From contig CAWFRL010000001.1 of NCBI GenBank assembly GCA_963818215.1, positions 163,151 to 227,150 on the forward strand: DNA of 64,000 nucleotides, given 5' to 3'. A program made the translations under genes and the position numbers. Positions 1-11,408 of this stretch are shown piece by piece. The notes under the pieces were generated by a model. That model had not been told where the DNA came from. It searched no databases and saw nothing but the letters and a program-made list of their open reading frames with translations. How positions within the stretch are numbered: position 1 is the stretch's first letter; every line of letters starts with the position of its first letter. Source of the stretch: Vicinamibacteria bacterium. Lineage in GTDB: Bacteria; Acidobacteriota; Vicinamibacteria; Vicinamibacterales; JAENWD01.

Positions 1-215
1 CGATCAATCTGTCCCTCCACCTCGACGACGTAGTACGTGCCGTCGTCGACCAGCCCGGTGTCGACGCCAAAGACGTACTTGACGGCGGCCTCGATCTGCT
101 CGGGCGTGTAGAAGCCCACGCTCAAGGCGCGGGCCGAGGCGGCAATCAGATTGTTCAGCGCCGGCACGTCCGCCCGGGTCGCGGCGCGCACGACCAGCGG
201 GAGCGCAAGGCTCAT
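1..215 (-). CDS. GNAT-family N-acetyltransferase, N-terminal part only (gene continues past the left window edge)
   Basis: Own minus-strand translation from ATG 215-213: MSLALPLVVRAATRADVPALNNLIAASARALSVGFYTPEQIEAAVKYVFGVDTGLVDDGTYYVVEVEGQI, a typical GNAT N-terminus. Start overlaps the stop of the upstream gene (ATGA at 212-215). Not in the ORF track because it is truncated. Confidence 0.5.
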   Translation of the reverse strand, partial: MSLALPLVVRAATRADVPALNNLIAASARALSVGFYTPEQIEAAVKYVFGVDTGLVDDGTYYVVEVEGQID

Positions 216-916
216 GGGAGCCGATATCGGAAGAGCCGGCTGTGGTCGTCTTCCGGCAGCAGGTAGAGTGAGCCGCCTCGGACCGTCATGCCTTCGTTCG
301 TGTACGGCACGCCACGGTCCGTCGCGCCGGTGACGATGCGTCTGGTGACTTGGAGCGTCGTGGGATCGACCCAGTCGATCGCGCCTTTGTCGGGCCCGCC
401 AAGCCCTGAAGCGACCAGCTGGCCGTCGACGATCTTGATGTCCTGGTACTTCGTGCCGGTCGGATTCGCGCGCTTGTCGATCGGCGTGCCGTCAGAACGC
501 CAGCGGTACAGATGCGTGCTGTCCCAGTTGCCGCCCCAGACCACGCCGTCTGCGGCCGCCACGCAGCCGATGTGATCGGCGACCTCGAACTGCGCGACCA
601 GCGCGAGCGTCGCCTTGTCTCGCTGTTGAATCCAGGTGCTGGAGGCCCGCCGGTACTCGGCCACCGGCACCCAGACAGAGTCGCCGTCAATCTGGATGCC
701 GCCCGGGTGAAATCGCTCGCCGTCGTGCACTTCGACGCTCGCCAACCGCCGCCCGGATGCCAGATCGTAGCGAGCGAGGAAGCCCGCACGTGTCGCGCGA
801 TCCACCGACGTCACCCAGAGGACGCCGCCTTCGACGTCGATGCCCTGCACATGGTGCGACGGCGGCTCGACCAGCGTGACGCCGAGCAGCGTAAGCGTCG
901 CCAGCAGGATCGTCAT
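212..916 (-). CDS. exported hypothetical protein with beta-propeller-like repeats (resembles DUF6454-type proteins; family name from memory only)
   Basis: ORF 212..1177 trimmed to the internal ATG at 916, giving a signal-like MTILLATLTLLGVTLV. Repeated strand motifs GVLWVTSVD, DSVWVPVAEY, DGVVWGGNWD, GSLYLLPED. Frame uninterrupted. Confidence 0.45.
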   Translation of the reverse strand: MTILLATLTLLGVTLVEPPSHHVQGIDVEGGVLWVTSVDRATRAGFLARYDLASGRRLASVEVHDGERFHPGGIQIDGDSVWVPVAEYRRASSTWIQQRDKATLALVAQFEVADHIGCVAAADGVVWGGNWDSTHLYRWRSDGTPIDKRANPTGTKYQDIKIVDGQLVASGLGGPDKGAIDWVDPTTLQVTRRIVTGATDRGVPYTNEGMTVRGGSLYLLPEDDHSRLFRYRLP

Positions 917-921
917 CGGCG

Positions 922-1520
922 CTACTTGGACGGCCGTGGCGGGCTGATCATGATGTGCGCCGTGGGGGTTCCGGGAAACATCAGCCAGGGCCCGCCCGGC
1001 ACCGGCCGGATCGGAAGACCCGTGGTCTCCGGGGTCGCAAACGGCGTGTAGATCACCCACCGGATGTAGGCGTCGGCGATCGTGCCGGTGGCCGGATCGA
1101 ATCCGCTCCCGCTGAGCACGTGGAGCGTCCGAGGCTCGCGCGACATCTTGATCGCGCCCGACTCGATCTCCTTCCACCGCGTCTCTTCCCGTTCCTTGCC
1201 CTTGACGCCCTTGGCAGCCAGCTCGCGGCCGCGCGCCATGAAGGGCTCCAGGTCCTTGTGGTAGCAGGCGACGCTGAATGCCGCCTCCTTCGGATCGTCG
1301 GCCAGGCAGACGATGTCGTTCACGCCGGCGCGCAACGTCACGACCGCGCCAGCGGCGTCGTACCCCAGAACGGTGGCCCCCGTCCGCCGATCCTCGGGCG
1401 CGGCCTGCACCGCGGCCGCGATCTGGTTTTCAGGCGGCGGCACCACCGGGCCGCCGCAGCCGGCGCAGCCGGCGCCTGTCCTGTCAGCCCAGCCACCAAC
1501 ACAGCCGCGAGCATCATCAT
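922..1520 (-). CDS. exported hypothetical protein (frame broken near 1450)
   Basis: ORF 922..1446 (CLADDPKEAAFSVACYHKDLEPFMARGRELAAKG) joined to a signal-like MMMLAAVLVAGLTGQAP read in another frame from ATG 1520, which is preceded by AGGAG. No family recognised. Confidence 0.4.
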
Positions 1521-1535
1521 GAGATCTCCTGTCTG

Positions 1536-1564
1536 TTCGCGCGCCTTCGCGCCTTCGTGATGGC
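1536..1564. repeat. 8-nt tandem array, CGCCTTCG family, ending TCGTGATG
   Basis: ttcgcgcgccttcgcgccttcgtgatgg, in the 47-nt gap between two minus-strand genes. Confidence 0.8.
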
Positions 1565-1567
1565 GGG

Positions 1568-2910
1568 TCAGCGCTTGTAAACCACGCCGCCCTTCATCAC
1601 GAAGCTCACGCGTTCGAGCTCGGTGACGTCCTTGAGCGGATCGCCTTTCACCGCGATCACGTCGGCGAACTTGCCCGCTTCGATCGACCCGATCCGGTCG
1701 CGCCACCCAAGCAGCTCGGCCGCGTCGACGGTCGCCGCCTTGATGGCCTGGATCGGGGTCATGCCCCACTCGACCATCTTGGCGAACTGCTTGCCGTTCC
1801 AGCCGTGCGGGTACACGCCGGCGTCCGAGCCAAAGGCCATCTTCGCGCCCGCCTGCACCGCCTTCTTGAAGTTCTCCCGCTGCGTGCGGCCCACCAGCCG
1901 CTCCTTCTCGATGATCTTCTGCGGATATCCCTTCTTGGCGAACTCCGCGACGATGTAGTCGTCGTTGTAGATGTCCATCACCAGCCAGGTGCCCTTCTCC
2001 TTGGCCAGCCGGATCCCTTCCTCGTCGATGAACGAGGCGTGCTCGACAGAGGTCACACCGGCCTTGATCGCGCGCTTGATGCCTTCGGTGCCGTGCGCGT
2101 GGGCCGCCACGCGCTTCTCCCACATGTGCGCCTCCTCGACCAGCGCGTTGAGCTCCTCTTGCGAGAACTGGGGAGCGCCGACCGACTCTTCCTCGGACAG
2201 CACGCCCGCGGTCGCCGCGACCTTGATCACGTCGGCGCCGTACTTGACCTCGGTCCGGATCAGCTTGCGGATCTCGTCCACGCCGTCGGCGATGTTGTTC
2301 AGCCCCTTGATCGTCAGGTACGGCGGAGAACCCGGACATGTCGCCGTGCCCGCCGGTCGCGCTCACCGCGAGCGTGGCCACCTGCATGCGCGGACCGGCC
2401 ATCTCGCCGCGGTTGATGGCGTTTCGCATCGCGACGTCGATCGAGCTCGCCGGCGCCGACATCGCGGACGGCGGTGAAGCCGGCCTCGAGCGTGCGCCGC
2501 GCATAGACGTGAGCGACCATGGCGCCGTCGATGGGGCTCTTGCGGAACATGTCGTCGTAGTAGTTCTCGCCGGGCTGGCCCGTGAGGTGGGTGTGGCAGT
2601 CAATCAGGCCCGGCAGCAGCGTGGCGCCGCCGAGGTCGATGACCTCAGCGCCGGCCGGCACCGGCAGGCCCGCGCCGACTCGCGTGATGCGGTCGTCTTC
2701 GACGACGACGACCGGATTGGCCATGGGAGCGCCGCCTTGCCCGTCGATCAGCCGCGCGGCCTTGATCACGGTGACCTTCTTCGGCGCTGCCGGCTGCGGC
2801 GTCTGGGCGGCAATCGTGATCGCCAGCGCGGCCACGGCGGCGCTGCCGACCAGCAACCGACCTGCCCAACCTGACCCGCCTACGCTCGACGCCAACCTGA
2901 CCCGACCCAA
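1568..2910 (-). CDS. metal-dependent amidohydrolase (imidazolonepropionase / Xaa-Pro dipeptidase-like), frame broken near 2450 and 2330
   Basis: Three frame pieces: 2910 to ~2450 (signal-like N-terminus, LLPGLIDCHTHL metal motif), ~2450 to ~2330 (AINRGEMAGPRM, ATGGHGD), and 2281 to 1568 (VAAHAHGTEGI, MAFGSDAGV, GSIEAGKFADVIAV). The first ~20 codons lie inside a tandem array; an alternative TTG start is at 2856. Confidence 0.8.
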
Positions 2911-2926
2911 CCTGACCCAACCCGTC
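2853..2926. repeat. tandem array, CCAACCTGAC / CCCGACCCAA family
   Basis: gcaaccgacctgcccaacctgacccgcc...gccaacctgacccgacccaacctgacccaacccgtc. Overlaps the annotated 5' end of the amidohydrolase ORF. Confidence 0.75.
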
Positions 2927-2953
2927 AGCGCGTGTCATCAAGGTCCTCGTCGT

Positions 2954-4547
2954 CTATCGCGATTTGTAGATGATGGCGCCGCGCACGAGCACCGTCGTGC
3001 CGGTCGACCGCTTGTCGGCGGCGCCGGTGGTAGCCAGTCGCACGGTGTGCGTGCCCGGCGCGAGGCCGTAGATGTGCCACAGCGCGTTGTCGGTCGTGCG
3101 CTGCGGAATCCACGCGTTGATCGCCTGGGCAGGCTTGCCGTCGAGGGTCACCTCCGCGCGCCCGCCGTCGGCCGCGTAGCGGCCCGTGATCGTCACGGCC
3201 GTTCCGGTGAACGTGAGCGTCGCCTCGGCGCCCTTCGTCGCTGGCCACGCGCCCACGCTCCGGACGTCCGTCGCGTCCCGGCTGGCGGCGTCTGCCACGG
3301 GCCCGGCCCACTGCCACGCAGGCGTCGTCGACCTCGACGATCCGATCCGGGATGCCCATGTCCCACTGTTCGAGCATCGGCGGAACCGGGGCCTGCGGCG
3401 GAATCGTCAGCCGGTCGGCGGTCACCTGCCCTCCCGACTGGCGCACGACCAGCTCCGCGCGCTTGAGCGTCGAGGCGACGATGTCGTCGAACGAGTAGTT
3501 CGTGTAGGCGAACTTGCGTCCGGCCAGCGCCGGAATCCCGGACTTCCACTCGTCGGGAATCTTCGAGTAGCCGAGCATCACGCCGAGGATGCCGACGGCG
3601 TTCGAGGGGTTGCAGTCGGAATCCTGGCCAGCGCGCGTCGTGATGTCCAGCGTGCGCGCGAAGTCGCCGTTGCCGTACAGCAACCCCAGCGCGATGTAGG
3701 CGCCGTTGAGCCGCGCGTCGATGTTGAAGGGCCGCAGCGAGCCGTCGGGACACGAATCCTCGGTGTCCCACTTGTCCTGAATCCGCTGCCACGTGCGGCG
3801 CCAGTCCGCCGGATCCTCGCGGTGCCACGCGAGCACGTCGCGGATGATCGCGGCGTACGTGCTGCCTGCCGGCATCAGCGCCAGGCCTGCTTCGACCACG
3901 CGCCTCACGTCACGTTCGAAGAACGCGGCCGCGTACATGCCGGTCACGAACAGGCCGCCGTAGAGCCCGTCGCCGAAATTCATCACCTGTCCGACCCGGA
4001 TGCTGTAGTCCCGCGCGGCGTTGGGCAGGCCCGGCGCCATCAGGCCGATGAAATCGGCCTCGATCTGGAAGTCGATGTCGTTGGCGTGGACGTTGTACTT
4101 CGGATGGCCCGACCACGGCGCCTTGATGCCGGTCTCGAGCAGCCGTCGCGCGCCGGCGTTGGCGTGCCAGAGGTTGTACTTGCTCGTGCGGAACGCCTCG
4201 CCGTACTCCTCGGTCGTCGCGTCGAGGCCCAGCCGGTCCATCACCTCGGCAAAGGTCATCTCGACGTACAGGTCGTCCTGGTCGATGGCGTTGGACACAT
4301 TGCCCGGGGTCCACCGCGGCAGGTCGCCCTCGATGATCTTGCCGTTGGACTTGAATTCGGTGGGCGCGCCAAACGACACGCCGATCATCTGGCCCGCCCA
4401 GCCCCCGCGCACGCGGTCGTCGAGCTCGGCCCGCGAGATCGTCCGCGCGCCGGCCGGGGCCGCGTCCTGCCCCCGCAGCGCCAGCACACCTGCCGCCACG
4501 AGGACAGACGCCACGACGAGAAACGATCGCGACGATCCGTCGATCAT
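2954..4547 (-). CDS. ADP-ribosylglycohydrolase-family protein with C-terminal beta-rich extension, frame broken near 3300
   Basis: ATG 4547 gives MIDGSSRSFLVVASVLVAAGVLA (signal/anchor), then GGWAGQMIGVSFGAPTEF, DQDDLYVEMTF, GQDSDCNPSNAVGILG. The C-terminus continues in ORF 2954..3298 (TLTFTGTAVTITGRYAADGG). Confidence 0.6.
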
Positions 4548-4613
4548 GGCGGGCACAGTATTCCCCCCGCGCAGATGTGTCAACCGGCGGAAACAACGTG
4601 AAACACGATCGGT

Positions 4614-4629
4614 GCGAAATCGTTTGCGG
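4614..4629. promoter_or_regulatory. weak candidate LacI-family operator
   Basis: GCGAAATCGTTTGCGG resembles the GCGAAACG|CGTTTCGC type of LacI/RbsR/PurR operator, but only 5 of 8 positions pair around the central CG. Lies in the divergent region upstream of the LacI-family gene. Confidence 0.25.
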
Positions 4630-4658
4630 TGCAAATTCATTCCTGTAACACGAGAGAA

Positions 4659-4688
4659 TTGACCGGCACGGCCGGGAGCGTCTAGGAT
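4659..4688 (+). promoter_or_regulatory. candidate sigma70-type promoter for the LacI-family gene
   Basis: TTGACC (4659-4664), 18-nt spacer, TAGGAT (4683-4688), about 50 nt upstream of the GTG start at 4739. Confidence 0.3.
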
Positions 4689-4738
4689 TTGCCCAGACGT
4701 GGACGACCAGAACCGACCGGGATCCCCCGCCCGGCCTC

Positions 4739-5764
4739 GTGACGCCCAGACGCCCACCGACGATTCGTCAGGTGGCGGCGCTGGCCGGCGTGTCGACCGC
4801 GACGGTGTCCCGCGTGCTGGCGCGGTCCGGACGCGTCAGCCCCGACCTGGAAGAGCGCGTCCGCGGCGCGGCCCAACAGCTGAACTACCAGCCCAATCGC
4901 GCGGCGCGAAACCTGCGGGCACGCCAGGGCTCCACCGTCGGCGTCCTGATTCCCGACATCCAGAACCTGTTCTTCACCGCCATCGTCCGGGGCATCGACG
5001 ACGAGGTGACCAAGTTCGGCTACACGCTGCTGCTCGCCAACTCCGACGGGTCGGCCGACCGCGAGCGCGTCTACCTCGACACCTTCCGGGCCGAAGGCGT
5101 CGCCGGGCTGCTCGCGATCCCTTCGCAGAACGACGAGCGAGGATTCCGCCAGTTCCTCGAAACCGGCGTGCCGCTGGTCATTCTCGACCGCACGGTCCAT
5201 CTGCCCAACGTCGACATCGTCACGGTGACCAATCGCGAGGGCGCCGCGCATGCGGTGCAGCACCTGGTGGCGCTGGGCCACACGGCGCATCGCGATGATG
5301 GCCGGGCTCGAAACCCACAACGTCGGCAGCGAGCGGCGCGCGGGATTCTTTGCCGCGATCGAGGCCGCCGGGCTGCGAGCCGACCCGGCGCTGATCAAGG
5401 ACGGCGCGCTTCGAGCGCGAGGCGGCGCGCACGGCCACCTTCGAGCTGCTCGATCTGCCCGAGCCCCCCACGGCCATCTTCAGCGCCAACAACACCATGT
5501 CGCTCGGCGTGCTGCAGGCGCTGCACGAGCGCGGTCTCAACGCGCCCGACGATGTCTCGATCGTCGGCTTCGACGACATGCCGTGGCAGGTGGCGATGCA
5601 GCCGCCGCTGACGTGCATCGCGCAGCCGACCTACGACATCGGCGCCACCGCGGCGCGCCTGCTGCTCGAGCGCATCGCCGAGCCCAGCCGCCCCGTGCGG
5701 CGCGTCGTCCTCGAGACGGCGCTCGTGATTCGCGCCTCCTCGGGCCCTCCCGCGCCAGGGCTAG
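4739..5764 (+). CDS. LacI-family transcriptional regulator, frame broken near 5290 and 5400; 3' end uncertain
   Basis: HTH TIRQVAALAGVSTATVSRVLAR and NYQPNRAARNLR. The sugar-binding core continues in other frames (IAMMAGLETHNVGSERRAGFFAAIEAAGL; MSLGVLQALHERGLNAPDDVSIVGFDDMPW; VVLETALVIRASS). Confidence 0.85.
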
Positions 5765-5768
5765 TCGC

Positions 5769-6707
5769 ATGCGCCGCCGGCTGGTCCCGTTGTGTCTTGC
5801 CGCGCTGGCCGCGGCCTGCACCGCGCGCGAGGCCACGCCGGCGCGTCCTGTCGTCGCGCTGGTGATGAAGTCGCTGGCCAACGAGTTCTTCAAGACCATG
5901 GAAGACGGCGCGCGGCGGCATCAGGCCGCCAACCAGTCGCAGTACGAACTGGTCGCCACCGGGATCAAGGACGAGCAGGACGTCTCGCGCCAGATCAGCC
6001 TGGTCGAGCAGATGGTCGCACGGCGCGTGCAGGCGATCGTGCTGGCGCCGGCCGACTCCAAGGCGCTGGTCGGCGTCACCCGGCGCGCGGTGGATGCCGG
6101 GAATCGTCGTCGTCAACATCGACAATCGTCTGGACCGCGACGCGATGGCCGAGCGCCAGCTCAGCGTGCCGTTTGTGGGCCCCGACAATCGCGCCGGCGC
6201 CCTCGCCGTCGGCCGCGTCGTCGCGTCGCGCCTCAAGGCGGGCGACCCGATCGCCATCCTCGAGGGCGCGCCCAACGCGTTCAACGGCATCGAGCGCACA
6301 CGCGGATTCCAGGACGCGGCGCGCGAGGCCGGCCTGACCGATCGTCCGATCGCAGACCGCCAACTGGGAAACGGCGCGAGCCAGCCAGGTCGTCTCGGCG
6401 CTGGTGACCGAACAGCCCGGCGTGAAGGCCATCCTGTGCGGCAACGACAGCATGGCGCTTGGCGCCGTCGCCGCGCTGAAGGCCGCCGGCCGCCAGGGCA
6501 CGCGTGCTCGTGGCCGGCTTCGACAACATCTCGGCGGTGCACGCGCTGCTGATGTCCGGCGAGATCGTCGCCACCGCCGATCAGCACGGCGACCAGCTCG
6601 CGGTCTACGGCATCGAGTACGCGCTGCAGCACCTCAAGACGCCCGGCGCTTCCCTGCCGGATCGCGAAACGACGGTCGACGTCATCACCGACGATCGCGT
6701 GCGATGA
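5769..6707 (+). CDS. sugar ABC transporter periplasmic binding protein (RbsB-like), frame broken near 6095, 6380 and 6500
   Basis: Lipoprotein-like MRRRLVPLCLAALAAACTA, then VVALVMKSLANEFFKTMEDGARRH, IVVVNIDNRLD, ILCGNDSMALGAVAALKAAG, VAGFDNISAV, ending DVITDDRVR. Pieces come from ORFs 5250.., 6094.., 6404.. and 6504..6707. Confidence 0.8.
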
Positions 6708-7641
6708 CCCCGCGGCGCGAGTGGCTCGGGCTCGCGGCGGCGCTGGTGCTGCTGGTGACCGGCTTCTCGCTGGCCACCGACCACTTCTTCTCGTGGACCA
6801 CGCTGGTGGCGCTGGCCAATCAGGCGCCCGAGGCCTTGCTGCTCGCGACAGGGATGACGCTGGTCGTGCTGACCGGCGGCATCGACCTCTCGGTGGGATC
6901 GGTGCTCGCCTTGAGCGCCGCGACGTTCGGGACCGCGGTCGGGTCGGGACAGATGGGTCTGCCGGCCGCCGCCGGCGCGGCGCTGCTGGTTGGCGCGACG
7001 TGCGGTGTCGCCAACGGCTGGATGTCGTCGCGCTGGCAGATTCCGTCCTTCATCGTGACGCTCGCGATGCTCGAGATCGCGCGCGGCGCGACGTATCTCG
7101 TCACCGAGTCGCAGACCCGCTACCTTGGCGCACGCGTCGATGCGATCACGACCGACGTGTTCGGCGGCCTGCGCGCGCCCGTGCTGGTTGCCGTGGCGGT
7201 GGTCGTCGTCGGCGCAGTGGGCGTTGACACACACCGTGATCGGACGCCACATCGTCGCCGTCGGCGCCAATGACGAAGCGGCGCGCCTGGCGGGCATCGA
7301 CCCGCGGCGCGTGCGCACGGTGGCCTTCACGCTGTGCGGCGCGCTGGCGGGGTTGGCGGCGGTCGCGCAGACCGGACGCCTGGCCGCCGCCGATCCCAAC
7401 GCCGGCATCGGCCTCGAGCTGGAAGCCATCGCGGCCGTCGTGATCGGCGGCACCAGCCTGGCAGGTGGACGCGGGGCCGTCGGGACATCTGCCCTCGGGC
7501 GCGATGGTCATGGCCGTGCTCGGCGCCGGGCTCGCGCAAATGGGCGTGCAAGAGCCCACCCGCCGGCTGACGACCGGCGCCGTCATCGTCGCGGCCGCGG
7601 CTGCCGACGTGTGGCGCCGACGCCGAACCCGTGAACCGTAG
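6704..7641 (+). CDS. sugar ABC transporter permease (RbsC-like), frame broken near 7230 and 7490
   Basis: ATG 6704 overlaps the binding-protein stop (ATGA). Motifs LVVLTGGIDLSVGSVLALSA, IVAVGANDEAARLAGI, EAIAAVVIGGTSLAGGRG. The last codons run into a tandem array. Confidence 0.8.
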
Positions 7642-7673
7642 AACCTGATGAACCCGTGAACCCGTGAACCCGA
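7623..7673. repeat. tandem array of about 6 units, GAACCCGT (GTGAACC) family
   Basis: ccgaacccgtgaaccgtagaacctgatgaacccgtgaacccgtgaacccgaa. Spans the permease stop and supplies the ribokinase GTG start. Confidence 0.85.
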
Positions 7674-8601
7674 ATATCGTCGTCGTCGGCAGCCTGAATG
7701 CGGACCTCGTCGTGCGCGTGGACCGTTTCCCCGCGTCCGGGCGAGACGCTGCGCGGCCGGCGATTCGACGTATTTGCCGGCGGCAAGGGCGGCAACCAGG
7801 CCGCCGCGGCCGCGCGTCTGGGCGGACACGTCGCGATGGTCGGCCAGGTCGGCGGCGACGCGTACGGCGCGTGGCTGCGCGCGTCGCTCGAGAGCGCTGG
7901 CGTCGACGTGCGCTGCGTCAGCACCGACGACGCGCGTGTCGAGCGGCGTGGCGCTCATCACCACCGACGCCGCAGGTCAGAACGACGATCGTCGTCGTGG
8001 CCGGCGCCAACGGCACATTCGCGCCCGAACGCCTCGCGCCGGCAGTGACGGTGTTGCGGCAGGCGTCTGTCGTGCTGCTGCAGCTCGAGGTCCCGATGGC
8101 AACCGTCGAGCGTGCCGCCGCCGAGGCTCGCGCCGCCGGCGCCATGCTGCTGCTCGATCCCGCGCCGGCCGCCGACGTCCCGGATCAGCTGCTGGCGCTG
8201 GCCTCGCTGGTGACGCCGAACGAATCCGAGCTCGCCGCGCTCGCCGCGCGCCCGTGCTCGATGGGCCAACGCCACGACGATGAGATCGACAGGCGCGCCG
8301 AGCGCCTGCTGGCCCGTGGGGCCGGCGCCGTCCTGGTGAAACTGGGCGCGCGGGGCGCGAGGCTCGTGACGCCGTCGCGGCGCGTCGCCTGGCCCGCCTT
8401 TCCCGTCGAAGTCGTCGACACGACCGCGGCGGGCGACGCCTTCAACGGCGCGCTCGCGGTGGCGCTGGCCGGAGCGCGCCGACGCTCGATGATGCGATAC
8501 GCTTCGCATGCGCGGCCGGCGCGCTGTCGGTCACTCGCGCCGGCGCGCAACCGTCGATGCCCACGCGGGACGAAGTCGAACGTCTCGTTGCGGACTCGTA
8601 G
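7664..8601 (+). CDS. rbsK: ribokinase, at least 4 frame breaks
   Basis: GTG 7664: [70 protein letters not shown]-terminus [24 protein letters not shown] from my own translation, stop TAG 8599-8601. Confidence 0.85.
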
Positions 8602-8679
8602 ATTCACAGGTTCACAGGTTCCAGCTCAAGCGTTCTCAGGTTCACATCCGTGTTCCGTCAGGTTCGTAAGTCCGTTCAG
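8602..8679. repeat. degenerate tandem array, (A/T)CAGGTTC (GGTTCAC) family; reverse complement of the 7623 array
   Basis: attcacaggttcacaggttccagctcaagcgttctcaggttcacatccgtgttccgtcaggttcgtaag, immediately after the ribokinase stop. Confidence 0.8.
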
Positions 8680-8691
8680 TCTCGACGACAT

Positions 8692-9790
8692 ATGCCCATC
8701 AGAGTCGCCCTCATCGGCACCGGCAAGATCGCCGTGGCCAATCACATCCCCGGCATCGGGTTTTGCCGTGATGCCGAAGTCGTCGCGCTGAGCGATCCCA
8801 ATCCGGCGGCGCTGGCCGAGGCCTCGGCGGTGACCGGCGTGACACGCACGTACGCCGACCCGTTTGCGCTGCTGAAGGACGCGCCGGTTGACGCCGTGAT
8901 TGTCGCGACGCCCAATCGATTTCACCGCGATCTCGCCGTGGCCGCCGCCGACAGCGGCCGCCACGTGCTGTGCGAGAAGCCGCTGGCGCTGTCCGTGGCC
9001 GAGGCCGAGGAGATGGTCGGCTGCCGCCGAGCGCGCCGGCGTGCGGCACATGACGGCGTTCACCTATCGCTTCGTTCCGGCGATGCAGTACATGCATCAC
9101 CTCGTCACCAGCGGCGCCATCGGCACGCCCTGGCACTTTCGCGCGCAGCGCTTCCAGGACTGGGAGCGGCGCGCCATCGGCTGGCGGCAGCGGCTGTCGG
9201 AGGCCGGCTCGGGCGAGATCGGCGACATGCTCTCGCATCGCCTGGACTTCGCGCACTTCCTCGTCGGGCCGATGCGCCGCGTGACCGCGCTGACCTCGCA
9301 GATCTGGCCGACACGCGTCGACGAGGCCGGCGTCGAGCACGCCTCGGACACCGAGGACTGGGTGGGCTGCCTGGCCGAGTTCGCCAGCGGCGTCACCGGC
9401 GTGTTCGAGAGCGTGAAGACCGCCACCGGCTATGCCGGCGGCGTCACCAGCCGCGACTTCTGCGAGGTCAACGGCAGCGACGGCGCGGTGATCTACGAGT
9501 TGTCGCATCCGCTTCGCGTGCTTCGCGCGGGCAAGGGCGGCAACTACGTGGAGGAGGCCGTGCCGGCCGAGTTCCGGAAGATCGCCGGCTCGCCCAGGGA
9601 CAGCGAAGCCGACGCGTGGCAGGGCTTCCGGTACGACCAGGACTTCGAGTTCATCGAGGCCATTCACGGGCAGCGCGCGTGCCGTCCGTCGTTCATCGAC
9701 GGCCTGCGCGTGCAGGAAGTGATGGCGGCGATCCAGACGTCGGCCGCCGAGCATCGCGCGGTCGGCCTCGAAGGGCATGCCCGTGTCTGA
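8692..9790 (+). CDS. Gfo/Idh/MocA-family oxidoreductase, frame broken near 9030
   Basis: MPIRVALIGTGKIAVANHIPG (Rossmann motif) and HVLCEKPLALSVAEAEEM, then ORF 8900..9790 carries the C-terminal dimerisation domain (HMTAFTYRFVPAMQYM). Confidence 0.8.
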
Positions 9791-11408
9791 CCGCGGTGAC
9801 CGACGGGAGCCGCCGACGACGGCGGCGCCCTGGCCGGGGTCGCACCGCATGCCGCGGTGGGACCTGGGCACGCTGCCGTCGGCGCCGCGCTTCGGGATGG
9901 CGGCGCTGGCGGCGATGCTCGGGCCCGGCCTGATCCTGGCGGGCTCCTCCATCGGCGGCGGCGAGTGGCTGCTGGGGCCGGCCGTGGCGGCCCAGTACGG
10001 CGGCGCGCTTGCTGTGGGTCGCGACGCTGAGCATCCTGAGCCAGTTCGTCTACAACATCGAAGCCAGCCGGTACGCCCTGTTCACCGGCGAGCCCATCAT
10101 GACCGGCAAGTTCCGGACGCTGCCCGGGCCCGGCGTCTGGCTGGCGATCTACATGGTGCTCGACCTGGGCGCGCTGCTGCCCTACCAGATTGGCAGCGTG
10201 GCCACGCCGCTGCTGGCGTTGTGGCTGGGCGAATTGCCCAAGGCCGGCGCGGTCGACACCAGCGTGCTGCGCTGGCTCTCGTACGGGCTGCTGGCCTTCG
10301 CCCTGCTGCCGCTGGTGTTCGGCGGCAAGGTCTACAACTCGCTCAAGACCGTGATGACGATCAAGATCGTCGTGGTCTTCGGCTTTCTGCTGTTCCTGGC
10401 CTTCGGGTACTCGACCGCCGGCACCTGGCGCGAGATCGGCCTGGGCCTGCTGCGCTTCGGCGAGATCCCGCTGGGCGACGGCAAGACGGCCAACGTGCGT
10501 CGGCGCGCTGGCCAGCGGCGCAGCCGCTGTCGCGGCCGGATCACAACGCGATGCTGTTGATGACGGCGTTTGCGGCCATCGCCGGCGTCGGCGGGCTGGC
10601 GCAGACCAGCATCAGCAACTACACGCGGGACCAGGGCTGGGGCATGGGCGCGCGCGTGGGCGCGATTCCCAGCTTCGTCGGCGGCCACGCCTTCCAGCTG
10701 TCGCACGTCGGGATGGTGTTCCGCCCGACGGTCGACGGCGCTGCGGGAATGGAAAGGCTGGATGCGCAGGTGCTGCGCGACCAGGCGATCGTGTGGGTGC
10801 CGGCCTCGTTTATCGGCCTGGCCTTGCCGGCGATGCTCTCGGTGGAGTTCCTGCCGCGCGGGACCGTCGCCGACACGTGGAGCCTGGCCGGCCTGACGGC
10901 CGGCGGCGTCCAGGCGCGCGTCGGCGGGCGCTCGGGCGACTTCGCGTGGGTGATGGTGCTGCTGTGCGCGCTGCTGGTGATCGTGCCCAACACGACGTCG
11001 GCGGCCGATGCCTTCATCCGCCGCTGGGTCGAGGTCTCGTGGACCGGCGTGCGCGCGCTGCAGCGCTGGGACCCGCACCGCATCCGCACGCTCTACTTCG
11101 CGGTCCTGGGCGGCTACTTCCTGGTCGGGATCTTCTTTCTGTCGATCGCCCGGCCGCTCTGGCTGATCGTCGCCTACGGCAACCTGGGCAACTTCGTGCT
11201 CGGCGTGAGCTGCTGGCACGTCCTGTACGTGAACCTGACGCTGCTGCCGCCGGAAGTGCGGCCGGGCTGGCCGTCACGAATCGGCTTGTTCCTGGGAGGA
11301 CTCTATTTCCTCAGCCTGGCTGTGCTGACGCTGATCGTGATGCTGGTGGCTGGCTCTGACCAGCGGCTTCGGCCTTCGCGGCCCTTCGTGGTTGTACGAG
11401 TCACTTGA
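9777..11408 (+). CDS. Nramp-like polytopic membrane transporter, frame broken near 10010 and 10500
   Basis: [21 protein letters not shown] followed by many hydrophobic segments across ORFs 9777.., 10009..10560 and back to the 9777 frame. Start could instead be the internal MPRWD at 9849. Confidence 0.6.
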   Translation: MPVSDRGDRREPPTTAAPWPGSHRMPRWDLGTLPSAPRFGMAALAAMLGPGLILAGSSIGGGEWLLGPAVAAQYGGALAVGRDAEHPEPVRLQHRSQPVRPVHRRAHHDRQVPDAARARRLAGDLHGARPGRAAALPDWQRGHAAAGVVAGRIAQGRRGRHQRAALALVRAAGLRPAAAGVRRQGLQLAQDRDDDQDRRGLRLSAVPGLRVLDRRHLARDRPGPAALRRDPAGRRQDGQRASARWPAAQPLSRPDHNAMLLMTAFAAIAGVGGLAQTSISNYTRDQGWGMGARVGAIPSFVGGHAFQLSHVGMVFRPTVDGAAGMERLDAQVLRDQAIVWVPASFIGLALPAMLSVEFLPRGTVADTWSLAGLTAGGVQARVGGRSGDFAWVMVLLCALLVIVPNTTSAADAFIRRWVEVSWTGVRALQRWDPHRIRTLYFAVLGGYFLVGIFFLSIARPLWLIVAYGNLGNFVLGVSCWHVLYVNLTLLPPEVRPGWPSRIGLFLGGLYFLSLAVLTLIVMLVAGSDQRLRPSRPFVVVRVT

